Origin: an uncultured Chitinophagaceae bacterium
GTDB taxonomy: Bacteria; Planctomycetota; Planctomycetia; Pirellulales; UBA1268
Assembly: GCA_964600785.1 (NCBI GenBank)
Contig: CAZRKH010000126.1
Span: forward strand, 19,231-83,230
Length of the DNA stretch: 64,000 bases
Direction: 5' to 3'
Shown here: piece by piece, positions 16,887-27,970 of the stretch
How positions within the stretch are numbered: the stretch's first letter is position 1
How the letters are laid out: each line of letters begins with the position of its first letter
Made by a program: the position numbers and the translations under genes
Notes under the pieces: model-generated
What the model was told of the DNA's origin: nothing
Database searches by the model: none
The model's input: only the letters and a program-made list of their open reading frames with translations

Positions 16887-19632
16887 GCCACGGCCCTCCG
16901 CCTTGGTATCGCAGCAAGCGGAATCCTTTCACGAGTTCGACCACCGCCATTGGCACCAGCGAGAGCCCGAAAATCAGGACCCATTCCGAGGAGAGGGCAT
17001 GTTCCACCTCGAACACGCTCTGCACCCACGGCAGCGTGACCACCGCCAGCTGCAGCAATCCCGAAACGAGGATCGCGGCGATCAGGACCGGATTGCCCGC
17101 CAGGCCCCTGGAAAAAATCGTCACCCGGTCGCTGCGACAGCCGACCGCAAAGAGCAGCTGCGAGAAGGCGGCCACGCAGAAGGTGACCGTTCGAGCCTGC
17201 GGCAGCCGCTCGGGATCCCCGCGGTATTCCAGCCAGAATCCCGCCACGCAGACAGCCGCGATCAGCAGGCCGTGAGCGAGGATCAGCCCGCCGCGTTCGA
17301 GGGTGATCACCGGCTCACGCGGCGGGCGGGGGTGGCGTCGCATGATGTCGGGCTCGGCCGGCTCCATGCCCAAAGCGAGGGCCGGCAGGCCGTCAGTCAC
17401 GAGATTGATCCAGAGGATCTGAATCGCGAGCAACGGCACAGGCCAGCCGACCACCGCCGCGAAGAACATCAGCAGCACCTCGCCGGCATTGCAGGAGAGA
17501 AGATAGTGGATGAATTTCTGGATGTTGTCGTAAATGCCCCGCCCTTCTTCGACCGCCGCCACGATCGAGGCGAAGTTGTCATCCGTGAGCACCATGTCGC
17601 TCGATTCCTTGGTCACATCGGTGCCGGTGATGCCCATGGCGATGCCGATGTCGGCCGCCTTCACAGCCGGGGCGTCGTTGACCCCGTCGCCGGTCATCGC
17701 CACCACCTCGCCGCGGCCCTTCCAGGCGTTGACCACCCGTAGCTTGTGCTCGGCTGAAACCCTCGCGTAGACGGCGATCTCCCCGACCCGCTCGGAGAGC
17801 TGCTCGTCGGAGAGTCGGTCGAGGTCGCTGCCGGTGATCACCCCACGTGCCGCCGAGGACGAGTCAAGCATCTCGAGTTCGCCGGCGATCGCCGCGGCGG
17901 TGGCCGGGTGGTCGCCGGTGATCATCACCGGGCGAATGCCCGCAGTGCGACAGGTGGCCATCGCGGCCCGCACCTCCTCGCGGGGCGGGTCGATCATGCC
18001 CGCGATGCCGACGAACACGAGTTCCCGCTCGGCATACTCGCCGTCGGGCGTGGGGGGATCGTCGCGATAGGCGAAGGCGAGCACCCGCATCGCGGCGCCC
18101 GCCATGCGGGCGTTGGCCTTGCGGATCGCCTCACGCCGCGGTGCATCGAGCGGCACCGGCTTACCGTCGCGCAGCTCAAAGCTGCACTTCTCGAGAATCA
18201 TCTCGGGGGCGCCCTTGGTCTCCATCCGCGTGGCATCCCCCTGCCGCACGACCACCGACATCGTCTTGCGTTCGGAGTCGAAGGGGATCTCGTACTCGAT
18301 CCGCCGCCCCGCCTCCTCCACCTCGATGCCCGCCTTCATCGCCACCACCTTCAAGGCGCCCTCGGTCGGATCGCCGATCACCCCCCAGGCGTCGCCACCA
18401 TCACCGTGGGGCACGATTTTGGCGTTGTTGCACCAGGCCGCGATTTCGAGCAGCCGCAGGAGGTCATCGCGGCTGCGGGGATCGACCGGCTCGGTGGCGT
18501 CGGCTTCACCGATGGAAAACTCCCCGCGGGGCGTGTACCCCGTTCCGCCGACATGCACCCGGCCGCCGGCGGTCTCGATCTCGCGGACGGTCATCTCGTT
18601 GCGGGTCAGGGTGCCGGTCTTGTCGGAGCAGATCACCGTCACGCTGCCGAGGGTCTCCACGCTCGGCAGCTTTCGCACCAGTGCGTTGCGTGCCACCATC
18701 CGCTGCAGGCCGATTGCGAGCACGAGCGTGACCACCGCCGGCAGCCCCTCGGGCACCGCCGCCACCGCGAGGCTCGCCGAGAGCAGCAGCAGCTCCAGAA
18801 AATCCTGCTCGCCTCGCCAGGCCTCGAGGGCGAAGATGATTCCCACAATCATCAGGCAGACGACGATCAGGATCTTCCCGAGTTCCCCGAGCCGTCGCTG
18901 CAGCGGCGTGATTTCCGGATGCCAGCGGCCGAGCAAGCCGGCGATGCGGCCAAGCTCCGTCTGCATGCCGGTGGCGACCACCACACCGCGGCCGTGGCCC
19001 GCCGCCACGACCGTGCCGGAGTGGACCATCGTTCGACGGTCGCCCAGGGGCGTCGCTGTGGCGAGGTCCGCCGAGGGTTCCTTCTCGCTCGGCACGCTCT
19101 CCCCGGTCAACGCCGCCTCCTGAACACGCAGCGAATAGCCGCGGAGCAGTCGCGCGTCGGCCGGCACGTTGTCGCCGGCCTCGAGCTCGACGATGTCACC
19201 GGGCACCAGCTCTCCGACCGGCACGCCGGTAGCCCGGCCGTCACGGAGGACCTTTGCCAACGGAGCCGAGAGCTTCCGCAGCGAGGCGATCGCCCGCTCG
19301 GCCCGCTCCTCCTGCACGAAGCCGATGATCCCGTTGACGAGCACGATCGCGAGGATCGCAGCGGTATCGGCCCACTCGCCCAGCACGCCGGAGATCACCG
19401 CCGCCGCAATCAGGATCCAGATCACCAGATCGGTGAACTGCCGGGCCAGCCGTCGCCACAGCGGCGTGGGCGGCTCCTCGGCGAGCGTGTTGGAGCCGAT
19501 TTCCGTCAGCCGGCGGGCCGCTTCGTCGGCGGAGAGTCCGCGATCAGGATCGGTCCTTTGCCGCCGAAGCACCTCGTCGGCCTGAATCGCATGCCAAGGG
19601 GCTGCGGCAGAGTCAACGGTGAATTCGGGCAT
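16873..19632 (-). CDS. P2-type cation-transporting ATPase (likely Ca2+)
   Basis: Motifs: TGES, PEGLPAVVTL (TM4), CSDKTGTLT (phosphorylation site), MITGDHPATA and TGDGVNDAPAVKAADIGIAMG. The N-terminus (HAIQADEVLRRQRTDPDRGLSADEAARRL) is the Cation_ATPase_N type. The start is set at the ATG at 19632. The gene overlaps the rlmKL start by 14 nt. Confidence 0.9.
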   Translation of the reverse strand: MPEFTVDSAAAPWHAIQADEVLRRQRTDPDRGLSADEAARRLTEIGSNTLAEEPPTPLWRRLARQFTDLVIWILIAAAVISGVLGEWADTAAILAIVLVNGIIGFVQEERAERAIASLRKLSAPLAKVLRDGRATGVPVGELVPGDIVELEAGDNVPADARLLRGYSLRVQEAALTGESVPSEKEPSADLATATPLGDRRTMVHSGTVVAAGHGRGVVVATGMQTELGRIAGLLGRWHPEITPLQRRLGELGKILIVVCLMIVGIIFALEAWRGEQDFLELLLLSASLAVAAVPEGLPAVVTLVLAIGLQRMVARNALVRKLPSVETLGSVTVICSDKTGTLTRNEMTVREIETAGGRVHVGGTGYTPRGEFSIGEADATEPVDPRSRDDLLRLLEIAAWCNNAKIVPHGDGGDAWGVIGDPTEGALKVVAMKAGIEVEEAGRRIEYEIPFDSERKTMSVVVRQGDATRMETKGAPEMILEKCSFELRDGKPVPLDAPRREAIRKANARMAGAAMRVLAFAYRDDPPTPDGEYAERELVFVGIAGMIDPPREEVRAAMATCRTAGIRPVMITGDHPATAAAIAGELEMLDSSSAARGVITGSDLDRLSDEQLSERVGEIAVYARVSAEHKLRVVNAWKGRGEVVAMTGDGVNDAPAVKAADIGIAMGITGTDVTKESSDMVLTDDNFASIVAAVEEGRGIYDNIQKFIHYLLSCNAGEVLLMFFAAVVGWPVPLLAIQILWINLVTDGLPALALGMEPAEPDIMRRHPRPPREPVITLERGGLILAHGLLIAAVCVAGFWLEYRGDPERLPQARTVTFCVAAFSQLLFAVGCRSDRVTIFSRGLAGNPVLIAAILVSGLLQLAVVTLPWVQSVFEVEHALSSEWVLIFGLSLVPMAVVELVKGFRLLRYQGGGPWHGAG

Positions 19633-19767
19633 CGGGAAGGAACAATCAAATTTCGGACAAGCGGAGGGGCTGATGACTCTGGCAAACTTGATGCATCGTA
19701 CCACCTCGGGCATGCCCCACAGCGTCCGGGGGTGAGAACGGGAGGCAGGCTGCCTCGTACGCCGCCG

Positions 19768-20889
19768 TCAGCCTGCGGCGGAGAGACGGTAGACAAGCAG
19801 AAACGCCCCGCCGAGCACGACGAGCATCAGCATCGCGTCGGCCTCGATCAACCGCTTCCGCCGCTCGACCGAGTAAAGCTGACCGAGCACCGCGATCACC
19901 GTGACGAGGATCACAGCGAAGGCGGTCACGGCATGAACCGGCGAGGCTGCGGCAAACAGCGGCCCGTCGTGGACGCCATCGAGCACGGGGAAGAGCAGCA
20001 TGTTGAAGGCGTTGCTGCCGAAGATATTGCCCACCACCAGATCGAAGGCCCCCAGCCGGATCGCCGTGATGCTCGCCACCAACTCCGGCAGCGAGGTGGC
20101 CACAGCCACAAGCGTGGTGCCCACGAAGCTGCCGCCGAGGCCGCTTGCCTCGGCAAGCTCCCCGGCCGTCTTCGCCAGTCGCGGTCCGGCGACCAGCAGC
20201 ACCGCCGTCGCCGCCAGAAACACCGCCACCGGCTTCCACAAGCGGGCGCGGTCGGCGGGTGGCGTCCCGGCTCCTCCTGCGATCGCCTCCGCCGCATTTC
20301 CGGCTGATTCCGCCGCCTCGGCTGCGGTCCGAGCGGCGATCCGCTGGTTGACGAAAACCATTCTCGCCCCGAGCGCGTAGGCCAGCAGGATCGCCCACGA
20401 CCAGCCGCCGATGTTCAGCACGGCCACCACCGGCAGCTTCCCGGCGGTCAACAGCCCCAGACCGGCAAGCCCGGTGAGGCCCATTGAGAGCGTGCCCGAG
20501 AGGGCGTGGGAGGCCGCCTCGCGAGAAAGCATGCCGCCGCGGGAACGAACCGCCAGATCGAGCACCGCGAGAATCGTCAGATTCATCAGGCTGCTGCCGA
20601 GCAAATCGCCCACCGCCACGTCGGCGAGTCCGTGACGCACCGCCGCGATATCGACCGAGAGTTCCGGCAGCGAGGTTGCCGCTGCAAGCAGCAGACTGCC
20701 GATCAGCAGTCGCCCCAGGCGAGTGATTTCGGCGATCCGCTCAGCGGCCAGGGCAAGGAAGGTGCCGGCCACCGCCACGATCGCGGCCAGACCGAGGAAC
20801 TCCAGTAGCAACGTCGTCACGACCCGATCCCTTCGGAAAAAGGCCCAACGTGCCCTGGATACCGACCGATTCAGCCGCAACTGCGGCAC
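19768..20889 (-). CDS. Na+/Ca2+ exchanger (CaCA) family membrane protein
   Basis: Two alpha-repeat-like regions are present: GSLLLAAATSLPELSVDIAAV...GDLLGSSLMNL and VGTTLVAVATSLPELVASITAI...GNIFGSNAFNML. GTG 20889 is chosen because GAGGAGG lies 6 nt upstream. Alternative starts are at 20919 and 20820. Confidence 0.8.
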   Translation of the reverse strand: MPQLRLNRSVSRARWAFFRRDRVVTTLLLEFLGLAAIVAVAGTFLALAAERIAEITRLGRLLIGSLLLAAATSLPELSVDIAAVRHGLADVAVGDLLGSSLMNLTILAVLDLAVRSRGGMLSREAASHALSGTLSMGLTGLAGLGLLTAGKLPVVAVLNIGGWSWAILLAYALGARMVFVNQRIAARTAAEAAESAGNAAEAIAGGAGTPPADRARLWKPVAVFLAATAVLLVAGPRLAKTAGELAEASGLGGSFVGTTLVAVATSLPELVASITAIRLGAFDLVVGNIFGSNAFNMLLFPVLDGVHDGPLFAAASPVHAVTAFAVILVTVIAVLGQLYSVERRKRLIEADAMLMLVVLGGAFLLVYRLSAAG

Positions 20890-20970
20890 TCTATCCCTCC
20901 TCGAGCAGCCGGGCAACACGAACCGCCTCCCGCACGATCCTCGCTGCGGCTGCCCGAGGACTTTCGATTC

Positions 20971-23900
20971 TCAGCCGGTCGTGGCCGCCTTGAAACGATC
21001 CTGGATCGCCTGCACCGAAAGGGGCGCCTTGCGAAGAGCCTCCATCGCCAGCACCACCGCCTCCACCGCCGGCAGGGTGGTGATGCAGGGCACGCCGTGC
21101 ATCACGCTCGCGGCGCGGATGCGGCCCTCGTCGGTGCGGGCGCCCTTGCCGCGGGGGGTGTTCATGATCAACTGCACGCGTCCGTCGATCAGGTGATCGA
21201 GCAGGTTCGGATGGCCCTCCTGAAGCTTTCGCACCACCTCTACGGGAATCCCCGCGGCGGCGAGTGCCCGGGCGGTGCCGGAGGTCGCGATGATCTCGAA
21301 CCCCAGTGCCCGCAGCCTGGCCGCGAGGCCGACCATCGCGGCCTTGGCCGGCTCGCTGGCCACGCTCACGAAGATCGTCCCCGCCTCCGGCAGCGTGACA
21401 CCGGCCGCCTGCTGGCCCTTGGCAAAGGCGATGCTGAAGTTCTCGGCCACACCCATGACCTCGCCGGTGCTCCGCATCTCCGGCCCGAGCACGATGTCGA
21501 CTCCGGCGAACTTCACGAAGGGAAACACGCTCTCCTTGACACTCACGTGGGCCGGAGTGGGATCGGTCAGCACCCCCTGCTCCTCAAGGCTCGTGCCGGC
21601 CATCACCTTCACCGCCACCTTGGCCACCGCAACGCCCGTCGCCTTGGCCACGAAGGGCACGGTGCGGCTGGCCCGGGGATTGGCCTCGATGACATAGATC
21701 TGCTGGCCGCCGTCCTCCTTTTTGACGGCGAACTGGACGTTCATCAGGCCCACGACCCCGAGGCTCATGGCCATCGCGGCGGCCGCCGACTTGATCTCGT
21801 CGACCACCGCTGCCGGCAGCGAGTGCGGCGGGATCGCGCAGGCGGAGTCGCCCGAATGCACTCCCGCCTCCTCGATATGCTCCATCACGCCGGCGATCAC
21901 GACCCGTTCCCCGTCGCAGATGCAGTCGACATCGCACTCGATGGCATCCTCCAGAAATCGGTCGATCAGCACCGGCTGCCCCTGGGCGACGGCAAAGGCC
22001 TCGGCGACGTAGCGTTCGAACTGCGACTGGTCGTAGCAGATTTCCATCGCCCGGCCACCGAGCACGTAACTCGGCCGGACGAGGGCCGGGAAGCCGATCC
22101 TGGCCACCTCGCGACGAGCCTGCTCGAGGGTGCGGGCGATGCCACTGGCGGGCTGCCTGAGGTCGAGCCGCTCGAGCAGTTCGCGAAACTGTTCTCGGTC
22201 TTCGGCCTGCTCGATCGTTTCCACCGGAGTGCCGATGATCGGCAGCCCCGCGGTGGACAGGGCCCGGGCGAGGTTGAGCGGCGTCTGGCCACCAAACTGC
22301 ACGATCACGCCGTCGGGCTGAATGCTCTCGGCGATGTTGAGCACATCCTCGCAGGTCAAGGGCTCGAAGAAGAGCAGGTCACTGGTGTCGTAGTCGGTGC
22401 TCACCGTCTCGGGGTTGGAATTGACCATCACGCTTTCAATGCCCATCTCGCGAAGGGCGAAGCTTGCATGACAGCAGCAGTAGTCGAACTCGATTCCCTG
22501 GCCGATGCGATTGGGCCCGCCGCCGAGGATCATCACCCGCTTCCTGCCGGGGGTCTTCGGCGGCACCTCGCACTCCTGCTCCCAAGACGAGTAGAAGTAG
22601 GGCGTTTCCGCCTCGAACTCCGCGGCACAGGTGTCAACCGACTTGTAGACCGCCACGATCCCTCGCCGAATGCGGTCGGCCCGCACCTCCATCTCGGCGG
22701 CCGCAAGCAGCGTGGCCAACTGCCGGTCGGAGAAGCCGGTCTGCTTGGCCCTCCGCAGGAGCCGGTCATCGACCGAAGCGAGCGATCCGGCGGCCCGCAG
22801 CTCCCGCTCGACCTCCACGATGCCGGCAAGCTGGTCGAGGAACCAGGGATCGATCGCGGTGAGTTCGTGGATCTCCTCGAGCGGAAAGCCGGCCAGAATC
22901 GCATAGCGGAGAAACCAGACGCGATCCGGATCGGCCGTCGAGATTCTCGCCCGGATCTCGTCCTCGGCGGGCTGCTGTGGGGTGCCCCAGAGGTCCTTGC
23001 CGTCGCAGCCGAAGCCGAAGGCACCCACCTCGAGCCCCCGCAGGGCCTTCTGAAAGGCTTCCTTGAAGGTCCGCCCGATGGCCATCGTCTCCCCCACGCT
23101 CTTCATCTGGGTGGAGAGCCTCGAATCGGCCTCCGGAAACTTCTCGAAGGCGAACCGGGGAACCTTGACCACCACATAGTCGATCGAAGGCTCGAAGCAG
23201 GCCTTCGTCTTGCGGGTGATGTCGTTGGGAAGTTCGTGGAGCCGCCAGCCGACCGCCAGTTTGGCGGCGATTTTGGCGATCGGAAAGCCGGTGGCCTTGC
23301 TGGCCAGGGCCGAGGAGCGGCTGACCCGCGGATTCATCTCGATCACGATCATCCGCCCGGTTTTCGGATTGACCGCAAACTGGATGTTCGCGCCACCGGT
23401 CTCCACGCCGATCGCCCGGATGACTGCAAAGCTCGCATCCCGCATCCGCTGATACTGCCGGTCGGTGAGCGTCATCGCCGGGGCGACGGTGATCGAGTCA
23501 CCCGTGTGGATCCCGCAGGGATCGAAGTTTTCGATGGCACAGATGATGACGGCGTTGTCGTCGGCATCCCGCATCACTTCCATCTCGTATTCTTTCCAGC
23601 CGAGGATCGATTCCTCGACGAGCACCTCGCCCACCGGCGAAAGATCGAGCCCCCGCTGGACCTTGTGGTCGAACTCCTCGCGGTTGAAGGCCACGCCCGA
23701 GCCGGAGCCACCGAGGGTGAAACTCGGCCGGATGACTGCCGGCAGGCCGATCTCGGAGAGCACCTTGCGGGCCTCGGCCAGGCTCTTCACCGTCCGCCCG
23801 CGACAGGTCTCCAGGCCGATCGTGTCCATCGTGGCCTTGAAGAGCTCCCGCTCCTCCGCACGACGGATCACCTCGACCCGCGCGCCGATCAGCTCCACGC

Positions 23901-24234
23901 CGTGCTTCTCGAGGATTCCACGGCGGGCGAGATCCATTGCCAGGTTGAGCCCGGTCTGGCCACCGAGGGTGGGCAGGATCGCGTCGGGCTGCTCAGCCTC
24001 GATCACCTTCTCGATCGCCTGCCAGGTCAGCGGCTCGATGTAGGTGCGGTCGGCCGTGCCGGGATCGGTCATGATCGTGGCCGGATTCGAATTGACCAGC
24101 ACCACGCGATAGCCGTCTTCGCGGAGGGCCTTGCAGGCCTGGGTGCCGGAATAGTCGAACTCGCAGGCCTGTCCGATGACGATCGGCCCGGATCCGATCA
24201 GGAGAATCGTCTGCAGGTCGTCGCGGCGTGGCAT
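20971..24234 (-). CDS. carB: Carbamoyl-phosphate synthase large subunit
   Basis: [58 protein letters not shown], duplicated ATP-grasp halves and a C-terminal MGS-like domain. The gene is ~1087 aa. Confidence 0.97.
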   Translation of the reverse strand: MPRRDDLQTILLIGSGPIVIGQACEFDYSGTQACKALREDGYRVVLVNSNPATIMTDPGTADRTYIEPLTWQAIEKVIEAEQPDAILPTLGGQTGLNLAMDLARRGILEKHGVELIGARVEVIRRAEERELFKATMDTIGLETCRGRTVKSLAEARKVLSEIGLPAVIRPSFTLGGSGSGVAFNREEFDHKVQRGLDLSPVGEVLVEESILGWKEYEMEVMRDADDNAVIICAIENFDPCGIHTGDSITVAPAMTLTDRQYQRMRDASFAVIRAIGVETGGANIQFAVNPKTGRMIVIEMNPRVSRSSALASKATGFPIAKIAAKLAVGWRLHELPNDITRKTKACFEPSIDYVVVKVPRFAFEKFPEADSRLSTQMKSVGETMAIGRTFKEAFQKALRGLEVGAFGFGCDGKDLWGTPQQPAEDEIRARISTADPDRVWFLRYAILAGFPLEEIHELTAIDPWFLDQLAGIVEVERELRAAGSLASVDDRLLRRAKQTGFSDRQLATLLAAAEMEVRADRIRRGIVAVYKSVDTCAAEFEAETPYFYSSWEQECEVPPKTPGRKRVMILGGGPNRIGQGIEFDYCCCHASFALREMGIESVMVNSNPETVSTDYDTSDLLFFEPLTCEDVLNIAESIQPDGVIVQFGGQTPLNLARALSTAGLPIIGTPVETIEQAEDREQFRELLERLDLRQPASGIARTLEQARREVARIGFPALVRPSYVLGGRAMEICYDQSQFERYVAEAFAVAQGQPVLIDRFLEDAIECDVDCICDGERVVIAGVMEHIEEAGVHSGDSACAIPPHSLPAAVVDEIKSAAAAMAMSLGVVGLMNVQFAVKKEDGGQQIYVIEANPRASRTVPFVAKATGVAVAKVAVKVMAGTSLEEQGVLTDPTPAHVSVKESVFPFVKFAGVDIVLGPEMRSTGEVMGVAENFSIAFAKGQQAAGVTLPEAGTIFVSVASEPAKAAMVGLAARLRALGFEIIATSGTARALAAAGIPVEVVRKLQEGHPNLLDHLIDGRVQLIMNTPRGKGARTDEGRIRAASVMHGVPCITTLPAVEAVVLAMEALRKAPLSVQAIQDRFKAATTG

Positions 24235-24322
24235 GAACACAGAACCTACCATCGTCCCTCGGCAGGCTTCAATAAACCGCTATAATCGTTCGTGAAAAAC
24301 AGGACTCTCTGGAGAGACGCCC

Positions 24323-24856
24323 ATGGCCGACATGCCCGCCATCGAAACGCTCCGCGAGCGACTTCCCGAGGAGCTCAAGGACCTGCGGCTCAACCTGCCG
24401 AGCGTGCTCAGCGGCGAGCAGCTTCCCGGCGGACAGGCCCTCGGCGTCGCCGCCGCTGCGGCCCGCTTCGCCCGCAGCGGCGAACTCGTCGCGGCGATCG
24501 AGTCGGACCTGCGGGCCGGCCACCCCGACGAGGCGGAGGCCCTGCTGGCCGATGCAGTCGCCGCGGCCGGTCTGATGGGAATGAACACCGTCTACTACCG
24601 CTTCCGCCACATGATCGGCAAGGAAAGCTACAACTCCCGGCCGGCCCGGCTGCGGATGCAGCGGCTCGCCCCGCCGGCCCCCGACAAGCCGACCCTCGAA
24701 CTGATGAGCCTCGCCTGCGCGGCGATCGCCGGCTGCGAGGCCTGCATCCGCAACCACGAAGGCAGCCTGGTTGGCTTGGGGATCAGCGAGGAGGCCTGCC
24801 ACGACGCGGTGCGAATCGCGGCGGTGATTAGCGGAGTGGCGGTGGGCCTCGGCTGA
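24323..24856 (+). CDS. ahpD: Alkylhydroperoxidase AhpD (carboxymuconolactone decarboxylase family)
   Basis: LKDLRLNL...LMGMNTVYYRFRH and the CxxC active site in AIAGCEACIRNHE. The gene is 177 aa, the same size as AhpD. GGAGAG lies 8 nt upstream of the ATG. Confidence 0.8.
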   Translation: MADMPAIETLRERLPEELKDLRLNLPSVLSGEQLPGGQALGVAAAAARFARSGELVAAIESDLRAGHPDEAEALLADAVAAAGLMGMNTVYYRFRHMIGKESYNSRPARLRMQRLAPPAPDKPTLELMSLACAAIAGCEACIRNHEGSLVGLGISEEACHDAVRIAAVISGVAVGLG

Positions 24857-24955
24857 GCGGCCGCGGGTCCCCCATTGCTCTTGCCGGAGCCACAGGCAGC
24901 ACCGTACGCTCCGAGCCTGGCAGCTCGAGCGGCCTCTTCCCCACACGCCTCGCCC

Positions 24956-25990
24956 ATGTCCGAGATCCTCAGCTCGCCGCGATCGTCCCGTTTCGGGAGG
25001 GCGGTCGGATTCCGGGTCGCAGGCATCGGCAGCTACACGCCCGAGCAGGTCGTGACCAACGCCGATCTCGCTCGCCTTGGCTGCGACGCGGAGTGGATAC
25101 GTGCCCGCTCCGGTATCGACCAGCGACGGCATGCCCCGCCGGAGATGGCCACGAGCGACATGGCCGCCGCGGCCGCCGAGGCGGCGATCGCCGCCGGCGG
25201 CATCGACCGCGCCGGCATCGATCTGGTCGTGCTCGGCACCTTCACGCCCGACATGCTGATCCCCTCCACCGCCTGCTTGGTGCAGGATCGCCTCGGCCTC
25301 GATGCCCCGGCGATGGATGTCACCGCCGCCTGCGCGGGGTTCGCCTATGCCCTGGTGACCGCGGGACAGTTTCTGGCGGCCGGCTCGAGCGAGCGGCCGC
25401 TCGTTATCGGGGCCGACACCAACACCCGCGTGGTCGATCCTGAGGATCTCAAGACCTGGCCGCTCTTCGGCGACGCCGCCGGTGCGGTGGTGCTCGAACG
25501 GGCCGAGCCGGACCCGGCGGCGGGGGATTTCGGGCTGCTGGCCTACGCGCTGGGATCGGACGGCCGCGGCGGCGGCCTGCTGGCCTGTCCGATGACCGGC
25601 TCCCGGGAGCCGATCACCGCCGAGGGCGCCGCCCGCGGGCGGCAGTTCATGCAGATGGACGGCCGGGCCGTCTTCAAGTGGGCCATCCGGCTGGCCGAGC
25701 AGAATATCCGCGAGACGCTCGGCAGGGCCGGTCTCGAGCCGGCCTCGGTCGATCTCTACGTGCTCCATCAGGCCAACGCACGCATCGTGGAGGGGGCCCG
25801 GGTGGCGTTGGGGCTGCCTGAAGAGAAGGTCTTCATGAACCTCGACCGCTACGGCAATACCTCGAGCGGCTCGATCCCACTGGCGATGGACGAAGCCTGG
25901 CGGGCCGGTAGGATTGGCCCGGGCAGCACCATCGTGATCTGCGGATTCGGTGGCGGACTGGCCTGGGGAACGGCGGTCTGGCGGCTCTGA
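24956..25990 (+). CDS. fabH: Beta-ketoacyl-ACP synthase III
   Basis: GIGSYTPEQVVTNADL...SGIDQRR, active-site Cys in DVTAACAGFAYAL, HQANARI and GNTSSGSIPLAMDE...GFGGGLAWG. The start is set at the ATG at 24956. Confidence 0.9.
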   Translation: MSEILSSPRSSRFGRAVGFRVAGIGSYTPEQVVTNADLARLGCDAEWIRARSGIDQRRHAPPEMATSDMAAAAAEAAIAAGGIDRAGIDLVVLGTFTPDMLIPSTACLVQDRLGLDAPAMDVTAACAGFAYALVTAGQFLAAGSSERPLVIGADTNTRVVDPEDLKTWPLFGDAAGAVVLERAEPDPAAGDFGLLAYALGSDGRGGGLLACPMTGSREPITAEGAARGRQFMQMDGRAVFKWAIRLAEQNIRETLGRAGLEPASVDLYVLHQANARIVEGARVALGLPEEKVFMNLDRYGNTSSGSIPLAMDEAWRAGRIGPGSTIVICGFGGGLAWGTAVWRL

Positions 25991-26055
25991 TTCAGCCAGA
26001 TCCGTTTCCCGAACCGTCCGTTTGAGTCCCGCGTTTCCAGCCCAGGAGGCCCTCA

Positions 26056-27876
26056 ATGGCAACCGCCACGAAATCGAACGTCGCAAAGTCGCTGCCGGCC
26101 CGCCAGGAAGTGCCCGCCGACGACACCTGGGACCTCTCGAGTCTCTTTGCCACCGACAACGCGTGGAACGAAGCCCTCGCCGCTTGGGAGGCGAGGATTC
26201 CCGAGTTCGACGCCTTTGCCGGCACGCTCGGCTCCTCGCCGGAGCGGCTTGCCGAGGCGATTCGCTTCGACCTCGAATTCGACCGCGAGGGCGACCGGCT
26301 GGGCACCTACGCCCACCTGCGGGCCAGCGAAGACCAGCAGGCCCAGGACGCCCAGCGGATGGTGGGCCGCTTCCAGCATGTCTCCACCCTGGCCGGTGAG
26401 CGTGCCAGCTTCATCCGCCCGGAAATCCTCGCGATCCCCGCCGACGTGCTCTCCGGCTGGCTCCAGACCGCGGCCCTCGCGGATTATCGGCTGCTGCTCG
26501 AGCGGCTCGTCCGCGTGCGGCCGCACGTGCTCGGCGAGGCCGAGGAGAAGATCCTCGCCATGCAGGGCAGCTTCGCGGGCACCGCGGCCAAGGTCTTCCG
26601 TCAGCTGACCGATGCCGACATGACCTTCGGCACGCTCGCCAACGGCAAGGGCCGGGAAGTGGAACTCTCCCACTCGAGCTTCATGACCTTCCTGCACGAC
26701 CCGGCACCGGACGTGCGGAAGCGGGCCTTCCATCAGTACTACGACGTTTTCGAGGCCCACGACCACACCCTGGCCGCCACCCTCGCCGGATCGGTCGAGC
26801 GGGATGTCTTCGCGGCGAAGGTCAGACGGTATCCGTCGGCAATCGAGGCGGCCCTGTTCAACGACAACGTGCCTCTCGCCGTCTACGACAGCCTGATCAC
26901 CGCGGTTCACGAACATCTACCGGCGGTGCACCGCTACTACGACTTGCGGAAGCGGGTGCTCGGCCTCGACGAGATCCATCACTACGACACCTACGTGCCG
27001 CTGGTACCCGAACTCGAGCAGCGACACAGCTGGAAGGACGCCGTGGGGCTGGTGATCGGAGCGCTCTCGCCTCTGGGCGACGACTACTGCCGTCGGCTCG
27101 AGGCGGGGCTGCTGGGCCGCTGGTGCGACCGCTATCCCAACATCGGCAAGCAGTCGGGCGCCTTCAGCAGTGGCAGCTACGACTCCGACCCCTACATCCT
27201 GATGAACTTCGAGGAGGAGGTGATCGAGCATGTCTTCACGCTCGCCCACGAGGCGGGCCACTCGATGCACACCCGTCTCTCAGCCGATGCCCAGCCCTAC
27301 CACTACTCCGGCTACACGATCTTCGTGGCCGAGGTGGCAAGCACCTTCAACGAACAGTTGCTCACCCGGCTGCTGCTGGAACGAGCCGAGAGCGACCGCG
27401 AGCGGGCGGCGATCATCGCCCGGGAGATCGACGCGATCCGGGGCACGATCGTGCGACAGACGATGTTCGCGGAGTTTGAGAAGCTCGCCCACGCCTCGGT
27501 CGAAGCGGGCGAGCCGCTCACGCTCGAGCGGATCCGCTCGATCTATCGCGGGCTGCTCGAGGCCTACTTCGGCCAACGATTCGCGATCGACGAGCAGCTC
27601 GAGCTCGAACCGCTGCGAATCCCGCACTTCTACAGCGGGTTTTACGTCTACAAATACGCCACCGGCCTCTCCGCCGCGATCAGCCTCGCCCGCAAGGTCA
27701 CAGACGGGGGCGAGGCGGAACTGTCCGCCTACCTCGGCTTTCTGAAAGGCGGCAGCTCGAAGTGGCCGCTCGACCTGCTGCGGGATGCGGGAGTCGACCT
27801 CGAGAATCCCGAGCCGGTGGCCGCGGCACTCTCGCATTTCGCCGATCTCGTGGAGCAGCTCGACTCGCTGCTGTGA
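26056..27876 (+). CDS. pepF: Oligoendopeptidase F (M3B family)
   Basis: The HEAGHSMH zinc motif and the 606-aa length fit the family. The N-terminal DTWDLSSLF and C-terminal GGSKWPLDLLRDAGVDL blocks are typical of PepF. AGGAGG lies 7 nt upstream of the ATG. Confidence 0.88.
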   Translation: MATATKSNVAKSLPARQEVPADDTWDLSSLFATDNAWNEALAAWEARIPEFDAFAGTLGSSPERLAEAIRFDLEFDREGDRLGTYAHLRASEDQQAQDAQRMVGRFQHVSTLAGERASFIRPEILAIPADVLSGWLQTAALADYRLLLERLVRVRPHVLGEAEEKILAMQGSFAGTAAKVFRQLTDADMTFGTLANGKGREVELSHSSFMTFLHDPAPDVRKRAFHQYYDVFEAHDHTLAATLAGSVERDVFAAKVRRYPSAIEAALFNDNVPLAVYDSLITAVHEHLPAVHRYYDLRKRVLGLDEIHHYDTYVPLVPELEQRHSWKDAVGLVIGALSPLGDDYCRRLEAGLLGRWCDRYPNIGKQSGAFSSGSYDSDPYILMNFEEEVIEHVFTLAHEAGHSMHTRLSADAQPYHYSGYTIFVAEVASTFNEQLLTRLLLERAESDRERAAIIAREIDAIRGTIVRQTMFAEFEKLAHASVEAGEPLTLERIRSIYRGLLEAYFGQRFAIDEQLELEPLRIPHFYSGFYVYKYATGLSAAISLARKVTDGGEAELSAYLGFLKGGSSKWPLDLLRDAGVDLENPEPVAAALSHFADLVEQLDSLL

Positions 27877-27970
27877 AATCCTGCTATGCTTCCGTGGCTT
27901 GGTCGACCGTCGATGGGGCCACACTGGTTGGTCCGGGCGGTCGCCCGCGGTTCTTCTGGAAAGACAGGCG

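Noticed and set aside
17908-20307. 799-aa ORF on the plus strand
   Set aside because: It is antisense to the P-type ATPase and CaCA genes, has Arg/Gly/His-rich composition, and carries no recognisable motif.
21097-24285. 1062-aa ORF on the plus strand
   Set aside because: It is antisense to carB, whose translation carries unmistakable CPSase motifs. The plus-strand product is Arg/Gly/His/Asp/Leu-rich with no motif, a typical high-GC shadow ORF.
24281-24286. TATAAT hexamer upstream of ahpD as a promoter
   Set aside because: It is a perfect -10 box ~37 nt before the ATG, but I found no acceptable -35 hexamer at 16-19 nt spacing. Support is too weak to list as a feature.
24269-26086. 605-aa ORF on the minus strand
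   Set aside because: It is antisense to ahpD and fabH, both of which have clear active-site motifs on the plus strand.
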